In this document: positions 22,379 through 37,810 of the stretch, piece by piece | How the letters are laid out: every line of letters begins with the position of its first letter | Numbering within the stretch: position 1 is the stretch's first letter | The notes under the pieces: generated by a model | Seen by the model: the letters and a program-made list of their open reading frames with translations, nothing else | Told to the model about the DNA's origin: nothing | The model's database searches: none | Position numbers and translations under genes: made by a program | Source: Candidatus Dormiibacterota bacterium | GTDB taxonomy: Bacteria; Chloroflexota; Dormibacteria; Aeolococcales; Aeolococcaceae | Assembly: GCA_963709585.1 (NCBI GenBank) | Contig: CAVPXI010000006.1 | Span: 32,001-96,000, forward strand | Length of the DNA stretch: 64,000 nt | Direction: 5' to 3'

Positions 22379-22632
22379 GTGATCGCATCGGGGGCAACCC
22401 ATCCGCCCAGAGTCGCGAAAGCCTGCTCGAGGCCATTGACTCGCTGCTGAAAGCTGGCGCTGCACAGGGGAGGCTGCGAGGCGAAATCGACGCTGCCGAC
22501 GTGATGTTCGGGATCAGCGGGATCTCCCTGGTCGCCGGCGCGCCCGAACAGCGCGACCAAGCCGGGCTGCTCGACCTTCTCCTGGATGGCCTGCGCTATC
22601 GGCCTTCCGAGGCTCGCGGCCCCGTTTCCTGA
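22379..22632 (+). pseudogene. Truncated TetR-family regulator (C-terminal fragment only)
   Basis: Manual translation SAQSRESLLEAIDSLLKAGAAQGRLRGEIDAADVMFGISGISL...LLDLLLDGLRY; no HTH, begins about 7 nt after the tRNA and has indels. Confidence 0.7.
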
Positions 22633-22672
22633 CCGACCGGCTTAGTCAGCGGCGCCGTGATGAGGGTGGCGA

Positions 22673-23596
22673 CTAACGTGCGCGCAGAGCCGCGACCAAC
22701 CATTCGTACGCCGGAATGAGGCTCGGCGTCTCTGACCAGCCGTTGATAATGCCGACCAGCTGCCAGTAACGCTCGACGCGGCGATCGCTGAACATGACCA
22801 ACTGTTGCATCAACTCGGCGCGATAGCTCGCATTGTCGCTGCGATTCGCTGCTGCCGCAAACAATCTGACAAGATCGGCGACTATCGTCGCCGCTTCGTC
22901 GGATCGTGGATCAACGCCGGCGGCGACCGCTGAGCCTGCTCGCTCCACGACCGCTTGGCCTGCGCGTTGGGTGGCCCCATCGGTGTCGCTCAGACCGGAA
23001 GCAGCGCGCAGACGTGCGCCTTCGGCGGCCATCTCCGTCACCCGCGCACGAAAGTCCGAATCTTGCACAAGACCTGCGAGCTCGATCCAGGCATCGATCT
23101 GTGCGTCTGAAGGCCGCTCCGAGAGGGCCGGCAGGGTCGTTCTCATCCGACTCAGGAACGGGTCGTCGGGCCGGTCGGCGAAGACGGCCCCGAGAAACTC
23201 TTCCATGATCCGGCGGAACTCGTCGACGGACGCGCGTGCGAAAGCTGTCATTCGTTGTACCTCCTCGGGTCGGGATATTCCGCGAGCGATGGCGCGGAGC
23301 ACGGCCCGACGGAGTGCGAGTTGACGGAGATGTAGATCGATGGCATCGGCACGCGCACGCGCGACGTCTTCGAGGCTCGACTGCTGTTCGGCAACGCGCG
23401 CGATGGTCTGGAGATCGATGCCGAGGTCGCGAAGAGCCCGGATCAACTCGAGGCGCCCCAGCGATTGCTCGTCGTAGCGACGATAGCCCGCAGGAGTTCG
23501 CCTTGCTTCCCGGACGAGCCCGATATCCGAGTAGTAGCGAATCGTCTTGACTGGCAGCCCGGTCAGTCGCGACAGCTCTCCGATTGAGACGTCCAT
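22673..23596 (-). CDS. MerR-family transcriptional regulator
   Basis: SIGELSRLTGLPVKTIRYYSDIGL..RTPAGYRRY; long C-terminal ligand domain. Confidence 0.92.
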   Translation of the reverse strand: MDVSIGELSRLTGLPVKTIRYYSDIGLVREARRTPAGYRRYDEQSLGRLELIRALRDLGIDLQTIARVAEQQSSLEDVARARADAIDLHLRQLALRRAVLRAIARGISRPEEVQRMTAFARASVDEFRRIMEEFLGAVFADRPDDPFLSRMRTTLPALSERPSDAQIDAWIELAGLVQDSDFRARVTEMAAEGARLRAASGLSDTDGATQRAGQAVVERAGSAVAAGVDPRSDEAATIVADLVRLFAAAANRSDNASYRAELMQQLVMFSDRRVERYWQLVGIINGWSETPSLIPAYEWLVAALRAR

Positions 23597-23603
23597 ACCC
23601 GAC

Positions 23604-23634
23604 ACCCTGGAGGATCCAGCTACGGGAGAGTCAA
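23604..23634 (-). promoter_or_regulatory. MerR-type promoter with 19-bp spacer, leaderless transcript
   Basis: TTGACT-N19-CAGGGT-N7-ATG of the merR-family gene. Confidence 0.65.
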
Positions 23635-23760
23635 GACGCCCTACCTGGCGAGCGCCGCACGACGCACACCCACGGCATGCGTCCTGTCACAAGCGCTCAA
23701 CAAACGCCCTCTCCGTTGCTGATACGCTGGCTGCAGAGAAGGGGAGTCGTGACGAAAGGC

Positions 23761-24156
23761 ATGGCCAACGCAACGGCGCGGCTTTTGCTCGTGCACTGGC
23801 ATCCCGTCGTGCTCAGAGGGCTGGCAGCCTGCCTCGGTCACGAGCCGGATCTCGAGTTGGTGGGCCTGGCCTCCAGCTGTGAGCAGGCCCTGGACGTGGC
23901 CGCCGAGTTACATCCCGACCTGGTGCTCATCGGCTATTCCACGCCGGTGATGGGCGGTATCGAGGTAACCCGCCGCCTTATCGAAGCCGACCCCGGCACG
24001 CTGGTGGTGCTGATCGGCGCCATGGCCGGCCCCGAACGGACAGCCCGCGCCCTGAAAAGCGGCGCAATGGGTTACGTGTTACTGGAAACGCCGCCCCAGG
24101 AACTCGCCAGCATGCTGCGCGGCCTCGTCCGAGGGAAGGACATCACGCTGCCCTGA
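23761..24156 (+). CDS. Stand-alone NarL-type pseudo-receiver domain protein
   Basis: Receiver-fold pattern HPDLVLI...P.MGGIEVTRRL..GAMGYVL, but the DD, D and K catalytic positions are substituted; no HTH. Confidence 0.75.
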   Translation: MANATARLLLVHWHPVVLRGLAACLGHEPDLELVGLASSCEQALDVAAELHPDLVLIGYSTPVMGGIEVTRRLIEADPGTLVVLIGAMAGPERTARALKSGAMGYVLLETPPQELASMLRGLVRGKDITLP

Positions 24157-24162
24157 GCAACG

Positions 24163-25419
24163 TCAGGCAGAGATCACCTCGACGTCGAGCAGCGACTGCG
24201 CCCTTCGCAACGACGCCTCAACGGCCTCCGGTGTCTCGCCACGAGCGAAGATGAAGCCGAGGTAGCGGTCCCCCTCTGGAAGCGGCCTCACGGGCGCACC
24301 GGAGGGTACCGAGATGGAAACCCCGGTGATGCCCTCGACCGACTCCGCTCGGTCGACGCCACCGACTCCGCGCAGGATCCCCGGTGCCGGTGTGGGCAGC
24401 ATGAACACGCCGGCAGCGCTGTCGACCATGTGGATCGCGCCCAACGGCAACCGACATGCGTCGCGCAGGATGACGTTCTCGAGGGAGCGCACCTGGCCCG
24501 GGGCATCTGATCCGGCAACGCGGATGACCTGCGAGCACAGGCCACCGATAGACCGTGCGGCCACCTCGATGACCACCGCGACATCCCCGGCCATGCGGAC
24601 CTCCGCGTGGACGGGCCCGTGACGCAATCCGAGCGCGGACACCGCAGTGCGCACCGCGTTCACCACCGCGCGTTGCGTCGCGTCATCGAGGCGCGAGGGC
24701 GTGACGTAGACCGTCTCCTCGAAGAACGGACCCGTGAGCGGATCCGGCTTGTCGAACAGGGCGATGACCTCGAGAACTCCTTCGCGCACAAGGCCTTCGA
24801 CGGCGATCTCGACCCCGTCGACGTAGCTCTCGACGATGAGCGGCGGCACCGATCCGTCGTCGCAGATCTCGCGCAGCAAGGACGCGACTCGCTGTACCGC
24901 AACTGTTGCGGCGGCGCGGTCGTCGGCGCGGATCACACCGCGACTCGCGGCGAGATCCACGGGCTTGATGACGCATGGGAGGCCCGCGACGCTGATCGCG
25001 GAGTTGAGCGTTTCGCCGCCCGCACTGACATCGATTTCCGCATACCGTGGTTGACTCAGACCGCTCTCCGTCAAGCATCTGCGGAGCAGCCGTTTGTCTC
25101 GCGTCGCCTGGACCGCGGGCACGGTGTTCCGCTGCATCGTGCCAAGCCGTTCGGCGATGGTCGCCGCGATGACCACCGATCCCTCGTCGACGCCGACGAC
25201 GGCGTCAACTGGCCACTGTCTGGCGAACTCGGCAGCACGTTCCGCCAACTCCGCGGGGTGACGAAGATCGAGGGTGAGGACGCGTCCTTTCATCAGCGCC
25301 GCGAGCGTCGGTGCCTCGTTGGAGGCGACCACGACCTGCAGGCCGAGCTCGCCGGCTGCCTGGAGAAACGCCGTCGCACGATATGTCTCGGTGGGCAGGA
25401 CGAGCATAACCCTGGGCAT
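24163..25419 (-). CDS. ATP-grasp ligase (L-amino-acid-ligase-like), function unknown
   Basis: RDK, PCVIKP, ASRGVIRAD, IVESYVDG.E, GPVHAE, IEVAARSIGG. Confidence 0.85.
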   Translation of the reverse strand: MPRVMLVLPTETYRATAFLQAAGELGLQVVVASNEAPTLAALMKGRVLTLDLRHPAELAERAAEFARQWPVDAVVGVDEGSVVIAATIAERLGTMQRNTVPAVQATRDKRLLRRCLTESGLSQPRYAEIDVSAGGETLNSAISVAGLPCVIKPVDLAASRGVIRADDRAAATVAVQRVASLLREICDDGSVPPLIVESYVDGVEIAVEGLVREGVLEVIALFDKPDPLTGPFFEETVYVTPSRLDDATQRAVVNAVRTAVSALGLRHGPVHAEVRMAGDVAVVIEVAARSIGGLCSQVIRVAGSDAPGQVRSLENVILRDACRLPLGAIHMVDSAAGVFMLPTPAPGILRGVGGVDRAESVEGITGVSISVPSGAPVRPLPEGDRYLGFIFARGETPEAVEASLRRAQSLLDVEVISA

Positions 25420-25472
25420 GCGATCAGCCTATCGCCGTCCGCGGGCGGCGCCGATGCGGTTCGCGCCAGGAG

Positions 25473-25971
25473 CTACTGCCCCCGCACCATGTCCCCTGCC
25501 CGGGACACGCCGGTGTCGAGCCAGTAGTCGACCCAGGTTTCCCGAGTGGCGCCAACGTGGTCGTAGACGGCCTGGGCGGCCAGATTGTCGACCGCGGTCT
25601 GCCAGATCATTCGAACCGCTCCATGCTCCCGGCAGCGCTCGAGGCATCCCTCGATCAGCGCGGAGCCGGCCACGTCCGCGCGATGCGGTCACCACGTACA
25701 GGTCGTTCATCACCCCGACGCGACCCGCGGTCGTTGTCTCCCAGCTCCAGAAAAGGGTCGCGAAGCCGACATCGTGGTCGCCATCGGTCGCGATCAACTG
25801 GACCCCCTCGCGGGTCGGATCGGCGACCAGCGCCCGTGCCATGGACAGGAGCGCGGTATCGGACGGCCGAACGCGGTAGAAGTCGCAATAGCCGCGCATC
25901 AGCGGGAGCAGCCGCTGGACCTCCGCCTCGGTGCTGACGACGCCCACCTCGATCCGACCTATTCCCCGCAT
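25473..25971 (-). CDS. GNAT acetyltransferase; frameshift near 25670
   Basis: GYCDFY, VGFATLF, MNDLYV..SRGRG|xGSALI, WQTAVDN.AA.AVYD. Confidence 0.8.
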
Positions 25972-26094
25972 TGCTCGCCTCCGCGGTTTGCACTGATCTG
26001 GCTGGGCATTCTGCCCCTCTTTTTTGCGCCCTGAGGTCATTGTCGTTCCACACTCGCAACCGGAATTCAACACGAGATCGGCAAAGCTGCTCGG

Positions 26095-28504
26095 GTGAGT
26101 TCGGCAGCCCCGCCAAACCGGCGCGCACTCCCGAGACGCCTCGGAGCGACCTTGCGAACCCCGCGGCCGCTCTGGGTGGTGTACGCCGGCATGGCCACCC
26201 TGCTGACCGCCTACATCATCTCGGTCCTGGTGCGGCCGCCAGGCGACACCTGGCCGTGGATCGACGGCTGGGGCGTGGCCGCTTACGAGGTGGTCCTCGC
26301 CGGGCTGCTGCTGGCGCGTGGGTTCAGCCGGGCTCCCGGGCCGCGCGGTGCCCCTCGTGCTCGGGAGCGCGGTCACCGCCTGGGCGCTCGGCGATGTGGT
26401 GCTGAACTGGGAAACCGCGGGCGGCACGGCGGCGGTGGCAAACCCGTCGCTGGCCGACGCTTTCTACGTGAGCTTCTACCCACTTTTCTACGCGGCGATC
26501 GTGCTCATGCTCCGCAAGGAGATCGGGCGGCTGCTCCCGGCCACGTGGCTGGATGGAGCGATCGCCGGCCTCGGCGCAGCCGCGGTCTGCGCAGCCTTCG
26601 CCTTCCCTGCCGTGTTCAGATCCCTCAGCGCCCACGCCGCGAACCTCACCCAGATCGGGGTGGCGGTGAACCTCGTCTACCCGATCGGTGACGTCCTCCT
26701 CCTCGCCCTCGTCGTCGGCGGCACCGCGATCCTGCCGGGGCGACGTCTGCCCTGGCTGCTGTTCGCCACCGCCTGTGCGGTGAACGGGATCGGGGACACG
26801 TTCAACCTGTTGGGGACTACGCCGTCGTCGTCAGAAGTCGGGGTCGTGTTCAACGACATCGCCTGGCCCATCGCGATCACCCTGATGTCCATCTCGGTGT
26901 GGGTGCCACCGGGTCCTCGCCAGCTGGTCGCGGTCGGCAAGCTCCCTGGCTTCGCACTCCCCGGAGCGGGCGCCCTAGCCGGGCTCGTGATCCTGTTTGC
27001 GGGCGCTGTGCAGCAGCAGGGGACCCAGGGCACTCTGCAGCAGCAGGGGTTCCAGGTTGCCGTGGGTCTTGCCACGATCACCATGCTCGTCGTCGGGTTG
27101 CGCCTCGCCTTGTCGGTCCACGGCCTGCGCGCCTTGACCGAGCAGCGCCATCGCCAGGCGATCACCGACGAGCTCACGGGGCTGGGCAACCGCCGCCAGC
27201 TCACGATCATGCTCGACGCCTTCTTCGAGGACCTCGCCGACCTCTCGACCCCGCCTCGCACCATGGCATTCCTGTTCGTCGATTTGGACCATTTCAAGGA
27301 GATCAACGACTCCTTCGGACACTCCGCCGGGGACGAGTTGCTGAAACAGCTCGGGCCGCGCCTGAGGAGCTCGCTTCGCGCTACCGACGTTCTGGTTCGA
27401 ATCGGGGGCGACGAGCTCGGGGCGGTGCTCGTCGACAGCGACCCGGTATATGCGGCCGGACTTGCGCGGCGCATCACGTGGCTTCTCGAGCAGCCCTTCC
27501 TGCTCAACGGGGTCAGCGTCAATATCAGCGCGAGCATCGGCATCGCCGCCGCGCCTGCAGACGCCACCGACAGCATCGGGCTGATGCGCTGCGCCGACGT
27601 TGCCATGTATAGAGCCAAGCTGACTTGTCAGTCGTACGAGGTGTACACGCCGTCGATCGACGACGGCGGCAACCGTCTCGCGCTCGTCGAGGAGCTGCGC
27701 GCCGCGGTCGAGGGGAAGCGCCTCGTGCTGCACTATCAGCCCCAGGTGGATCTGCGCAACGGCGAGACGGTCGCCGCCGAGGCGCTCGTGCGCTGGCAGC
27801 ATCCGCGCCTCGGCCTGATGCCACCACTCGAATTCCTGCCACTCGCCGAGGAAGCCGGCCTGATGGGACCGCTCACGCGCCTCGTGCTCGAGCAGGCGGT
27901 CGCCCAGTGTGCGATCTGGCGCGCCGCCGGCAGCCGCCTCGCCATGTCCGTGAACGTCTCATCCTCGAACCTGCTCGACCCGGGATTCATCGACGTCGTC
28001 CGCGAGGCGCTCCGTCGCCACCGCGTGCCCGCCTCCGCTCTGATCCTGGAGATCACCGAGACCACGATCATTCGCGACTTCGCCGCCTGCAAGGGCGTCA
28101 TCGAGGATCTCCGCGGTCTCGGTCTCGGCGTGTCGATCGACGACTTCGGATCGGGGTTCACCTCGCTCGCCTACCTCGGCAGCCTGCCGATCACCGAGTT
28201 GAAGCTCGACCGGACCTTCATCGGTGGTCTGAGTTCGCATGGTCGCGAGCAGGACGTCAAATTGGTGCGGGCCACGATCGAGCTCGGTCACGCTCTCGGT
28301 CTGCTCGTCGTCGCCGAGGGCATCGAGACGCTGGCGACGCTGGAGCTTCTGTCCCTGCTCGGCTGCGACCGCGCTCAGGGGTATTTCACCGGCAGACCGG
28401 TCGGAGCCGAGGAGTTCCTGGTCTCGGCGACGGTCCCGACCCTCCACGTCGCGACTCCCGAGCGGGTCGCGCCATATCCCAAGTACCTCCGCACCGCCGT
28501 CTGA
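26095..28504 (+). CDS. Membrane-bound GGDEF-EAL diguanylate cyclase/phosphodiesterase; frameshift near 26331
   Basis: About 10 TM segments, TDELTGLGNR, DLDHFKEIND, RATD I-site plus GGDEL, AEALVRW, IDDFGSG, VAEGIE; the N-terminal TMs are in the 26095 frame. Confidence 0.88.
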
Positions 28505-28698
28505 CGCGAGGGTCGCCTCGCGATGGGGCCTCCTGTGCTGGCTGACCACTGTGATTCGTGCGCGGCGTACAGGCCAACGGCGTGGGATCTGTGCATCGAG
28601 GCTGAAGAACGGCGCGCCCTCCTCTGACAGAGTTCCGTGCAAGGCGAAGTGTCGCTGCGCATGTACATCAGCAGAGTTGTTAGAGGTGAGGTATCGCA

Positions 28699-30102
28699 AT
28701 GCTGTCGACCCTGAACCCGGATCCAAGCTGGCTGAACTCCGGCGACACCGCGTGGCAACTCACGTCGGCGACGCTGGTCGGGATCATGAGCATCCCCGGC
28801 CTCGCGATCCTGTACGCAGGGTTGATGAAGCGGAAATTCGCCGTCAACTCTGCGCTGATGGTTGTGTACGCGTTCGCGATGACCCTGGTCATCTGGATGT
28901 TCTTCGCGTATGACATGAGCTTCGGGCAGCCGCTGCACGTCGCCGGGGCGGCGACGACGTTCGTCGGGATCCCACACCCGGTCGCCGGAGCGAGCGACCT
29001 CGAACAGCAGGCGAGCATCCCGCTGCTCACCGGACTGATCCCGGCCCTGCGGTTCCCGATGTCATCGCTCGTCTATTTCCAGTTCGTGTTCGCGACCATC
29101 ACGGTGATCATCCTGGGCGGTGCGCTGCTCGGGCGCATCAGCTTCAAGGCGTGGGCGCTCTTCGTCCCGCTCTGGATCACGCTGGTGTACTCGGTTGGAG
29201 CTTTCAGCCTCTGGGGCGGTGGATGGCTCGGCTCCCTCGGCGCCGTCGACTACAGCGGTGGCTACGTCATCCACGTCGCCGCAGCGGTGTCCGCGTTCGT
29301 TGCCGCTGCCGTGATCGGTCCGCGGATGCTGAAGGATCGGCAGAACAACACGCCGAGCAACATCATGCTGGCCGTTGCCGGAGGAGGACTGCTCTGGCTC
29401 GGCTGGAGCGGCTTCAACGGCGGTGATCCGTACTTCGCCAACGCGGACGCGTCGGCGGCGGTGCTCAACACCCACCTGTGCACCGCGACCGCGCTGCTGA
29501 CCTGGATGATCATGGACATCTTCTTCCTGAAGAAGCCGACCATCCTCGGCATGATCAGCGGAATGATCGCGGGCCTGGTCGCGATCACCCCTGGAGCCGG
29601 TTACGTCAACGCTTACGCGGCATTCGCCATCGGCATCGGCGCCGGAGTCCTTCCGTGGCTTTCGATGAACCTGCTCGGCAAGACGAAGCTCTTCACCGGC
29701 AGGGTCGACGACACGCTTGGCGTCTTCCACACGCACGGGGTTGCCGGAGCGTTCGGTGGGCTCATGACCGGTGTGCTCGCGTCGCCGAACATGATCGTGT
29801 ACGTGGGAACCGCTGGCACTGCGTCGGTCGCCGTGACCGGCCTGGTCTACGGCAACGCCAAACAGTTGCTCCTTCAGGCGATCGCGCTCGGTTTCATCAT
29901 CGTGTACGACGCTGCGGCCACCTTCGTGGTGATCAAGCTCGTCGGCCTCATCGTGCCGCTGCGCATGACCGACCGGGAGCTCGAGGTTGGAGACCTGCTG
30001 CTCCATGGTGAGGTGGCGATCGACATGGAGCCACCTGAGGAGGTCATGTCACTCAACGGCCACCTGAGTTCGATGCCGGTGGAGGCTGGCTCACCGGTTT
30101 GA
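28699..30102 (+). CDS. amt: Ammonium transporter (AMT2/MEP-alpha-like)
   Basis: GDTAWQL, FQFVFA, DYSGGYVIH, LWLGWSGFNGG, GLVAITP, DDTLGVFHTHG; RBS GAGGTGAGG. Confidence 0.95.
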   Translation: MLSTLNPDPSWLNSGDTAWQLTSATLVGIMSIPGLAILYAGLMKRKFAVNSALMVVYAFAMTLVIWMFFAYDMSFGQPLHVAGAATTFVGIPHPVAGASDLEQQASIPLLTGLIPALRFPMSSLVYFQFVFATITVIILGGALLGRISFKAWALFVPLWITLVYSVGAFSLWGGGWLGSLGAVDYSGGYVIHVAAAVSAFVAAAVIGPRMLKDRQNNTPSNIMLAVAGGGLLWLGWSGFNGGDPYFANADASAAVLNTHLCTATALLTWMIMDIFFLKKPTILGMISGMIAGLVAITPGAGYVNAYAAFAIGIGAGVLPWLSMNLLGKTKLFTGRVDDTLGVFHTHGVAGAFGGLMTGVLASPNMIVYVGTAGTASVAVTGLVYGNAKQLLLQAIALGFIIVYDAAATFVVIKLVGLIVPLRMTDRELEVGDLLLHGEVAIDMEPPEEVMSLNGHLSSMPVEAGSPV

Positions 30103-30125
30103 GGCGAGCCGTCAGTCAGTAGCAG

Positions 30126-30989
30126 TCAAACCCGGAGACCGTCAAGCACCTGCAGGGCGGTCTCCGGGTTGACGAACGTCGCGGTCCCAACCTGAATCGC
30201 GCTGGCGCCGACAACGAGGAAATCCCGGGCCGACGCCGCGTCGACAATGCCCCCGATGGCGATGACCGGAATGCGAACGGCATCGCACACCGCGGCGACG
30301 GCGGCCAGCGCCAGCGGCTGGATGGCAGGACCGCTGAGTCCTCCGGTGCCGAGCGGCAGGACGGATCGCCCGGTTGCGCGATGGATCTTCTTGCCGATGT
30401 ACGTGTTCACCGCCGACACCGCGTCGGCGCCGGCATCCTCAACCGCCCGAGCCACTGCGGCAATGTCGGTGACGTTCGGGCTCAGTTTCACGATCACGCA
30501 GCGCTCGGTGACCGCGCGCACCGCGGCAACGAGTTGAGCGGCGGCCACCGGATCGCGCCCGAAATCCAGTCCCTGGGCGATGTTGGGGCACGAGATGTTG
30601 AGCTCGATGCCGGCGACCTCCGCGACTGGTTCGAGGACTTCGGTGCAGTGCACGTAGTCATCGACGGAGCCACCGGCGATGTCGACGATCACCGGGATCG
30701 ACCATCCTCTCCACCGCGGCGCGTACGCGGCGGCCACGACCTCGACCCCGGGGTTCTGAAGACCGATGCTGTTGAGCATCCCGCCGCCCGTCTCGGCGAC
30801 ACGCGGCGGTGGGTTGCCCTCGCGCGCGTGCACGGTCGTGCCCTTCGTGTACAGCGCGCCGAGGCGGTTGATGTCGATCAGCTGGTCGAGCTCGAACCCG
30901 TACCCGGCGGTCCCGCTCGCCAACCCGACCTGGTTCGGCAATGTCAGGCCGCGTCCGAGATCAACGCGGTCGATGCCCTTCTCGCTCAC
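30126..30989 (-). CDS. pyrD: Dihydroorotate dehydrogenase, family 1B catalytic subunit
   Basis: ASGT, GNPPPR, NSIGLQNPG, ELNISCPN, VKLSPNV, GGLSGPAI. Confidence 0.95.
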   Translation of the reverse strand: MSEKGIDRVDLGRGLTLPNQVGLASGTAGYGFELDQLIDINRLGALYTKGTTVHAREGNPPPRVAETGGGMLNSIGLQNPGVEVVAAAYAPRWRGWSIPVIVDIAGGSVDDYVHCTEVLEPVAEVAGIELNISCPNIAQGLDFGRDPVAAAQLVAAVRAVTERCVIVKLSPNVTDIAAVARAVEDAGADAVSAVNTYIGKKIHRATGRSVLPLGTGGLSGPAIQPLALAAVAAVCDAVRIPVIAIGGIVDAASARDFLVVGASAIQVGTATFVNPETALQVLDGLRV

Positions 30990-31830
30990 GCGACGTCGGC
31001 CCCGGGGAGCGCGCCGAGCCCGTCCCAATCGACATCGCGCATGGGCATCACCGGACCGTCGGTGCAACAGAGCCGCCAGATCGAGGCCCCATCCTCACCA
31101 AGCACCGGCAGCGCGCATCCGAGACAGGTGCCGAACCCGCAGCCCATCGGTGCCTCGAGCGATGCCTCCAGCGTCGGCGGCAGCCCGGCTCCCGACTCGA
31201 CCAGTGCCCGCATCACCGCGCCGAGCATTGCGTTCGGTCCGCACGCATACAGCGCCGACGGGTGCGAGCTCAACGCCTGACGGAGCAGGTCCGTGACCGG
31301 GCCGTGGTGGCCGCGAGTGCCGTCATCGGTCGCCTCGGCGACGACCGGGACCGCGGGACGCGCAAATCGCTCGGCAGGGTAGAGGCGGGTGGCGGTACGC
31401 GCCCCGTTCAAGACAAGAATGTCTTCAACGCCACGGCGGCGCAGCTCGTTGATGAGCAGTGGGAAGGGAGCGCAGCCCAGGCCGCCGGACACGCACACCA
31501 CCGATCCGGCGTCGACCACGCTGAACCCGTGTCCGAGCGGCCCCAGGGTGTCGAGCGGATCGCCCGGCTGCAGCTCCGAGAGCAGCCGCGTTCCCACACC
31601 GACCGCTTCGAAGATGAAGCCGCAGGTGTCGTCCTGTGTCCACGCAATGCTGAACGGGCGTCTGAGCAGCGGCGTGGCGCCCTGACCGCAGCGCAGCTGC
31701 GCAAATGTTCCCGGCGTGGCCGCGGCCGCGAGATGCGGCAGCCGCGCGACCAACTCGAGGAGTCCACCCCCTAGCCGTTCCACCACGAGCACCTCGCCAG
31801 TCTCGAGCGCGGCCCTGCGCAGATCCGCGG

Positions 31831-31834
<4 letters not shown>
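30986..31834 (-). CDS. pyrK: Dihydroorotate dehydrogenase electron-transfer subunit
   Basis: LRRPFSI, GPLGHGF, ACGP..M, [2Fe-2S] motif MGCGFGTCLGC...CTDGPV. Confidence 0.93.
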
Positions 31835-36466
<4,632 letters not shown>

Positions 36467-36474
<8 letters not shown>

Positions 36475-37810
36475 GGGTGACCTGCTCGGAGGTGATCGGC
36501 ACACGCGCCAGGTTCCGATGGATGACCCGTCCGCCGGCCATGGTGAGCAGGACCGTGCCCCGGAGGGTGGCGCCGAGGAGCGGTGTGTTGCGCGACCGCG
36601 ACTGCAATGGCTTCTCGCCGACGGTCCACTCCGTGTTCGGGTCGAAGAGCGTGCAGGTCGCCAACTCGCCGATCCGCAGACGCGGCTCGGGGACACCGGA
36701 CGCCGGTCCGAGAATCCGATGGGGCCCGACGGTCAATCGCTCGACGAGCGTCGCCAGCCACTCCCCTCCCATTCCACCGATGGTGATACAGGTCGCGAGG
36801 GCGGTCTCGAGTCCGATCATTCCCGGCGCCGCCTCGTCGTACGCGAGTGACTTCTCGGCGGCACGATGGGGCGCGTGGTCGGTCGCGACCGCCTCGATGA
36901 CCCCTTCGCGCAGCGCACGCACGAGCGCGTTGCGATCGCGCTCCGATCGCAGCGGAGGGTTGACTTTGCGCAGCGCCTGGGGATCCGGCTCCTCCGCGAC
37001 CGGGAGCCACATCGACAGGTGGTGGGGTGTGACCTCCGCGCTCACAGTCAAGCCCTGATGACGCGCACGCCGCAGCGATGCAACCGAGCCTTCGGCGGAC
37101 AGGTGCTGGAGGTGCAGGTGTCCGGATCGCGCGTGTGACAGCGCGCGAATCGCGAGATTCACTGCGCGGGTCTCGGATTCGGCGGGGCGGATGGGACAGC
37201 GCGTCACCGCCCCCTGGGTCGCGTTGGCCTGCGCGATCATCTCCTCGTCCTCGGGATGCACGAACACGGCGCGAGACAGATGCGCTGTTTCGGCAAGCGC
37301 GATCGCGAGCTGACGAGGGGAGACAGCGTTGCGTCCGTCGTCGCCGACCGCGACCGCTCCCGCCTCGACGCACTTGCGGATGTCGACCAGTTCGGCGCCC
37401 TCGAGCCCGCGCGTGAGCGCGGCGATCTGCAGGATCGACACCGGCAGCGCGTTCGCGGCGAGTCGCGCTTCCGCGACCCGCTCCGGTGTGTCGATCGGCG
37501 GTGATGTGTTGGCCATCGCCACGACATAGGCGTATCCGCCCGCCGCCGCCGCCCGCGCGCCGCTCGCGAGCGTCTCGGCATCGTCGTCGCCGGGCTCGCG
37601 GAGGTGGGCGTGCACGTCGATGAACGCCGGGCAGAGCACGCACGGATCAGCGCCGGGAGCCGGGGTCAGGTCGATGACCGGCACCCCGGCCGCGTCGATG
37701 TGGTGATAGATGGCAAGGATCTTGCCGCCGTCGAGCCAGACGTCCTGCCCGGCGGCGTCCAGGCGGCCAAGCGGATCGATGACGCGCACACCGCGCAGGA
37801 TCGCGTTCAC
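36467..37810 (-). CDS. pyrC: Dihydroorotase
   Basis: DVHAHLREPG, MANTSP, HLQHLS, EVTPHHL, KVNPPLR, ATDHAPH. Confidence 0.95.

Noticed and set aside
23602-23615. TCCTCCAGGG match to the tRNA 3' end as a possible att site
   Set aside because: Only 10 bp, in inverted orientation, and explained by the MerR promoter
27009-27056. 27-bp-period duplication encoding QQQGTQGTLQQQGFQ
   Set aside because: A two-copy in-frame loop duplication, not an array or functional repeat
28505-28698. Possible riboswitch upstream of amt
   Set aside because: Only a short hairpin (CGCGAGG-GTCG-CCTCGCG) is seen, with no recognisable aptamer consensus
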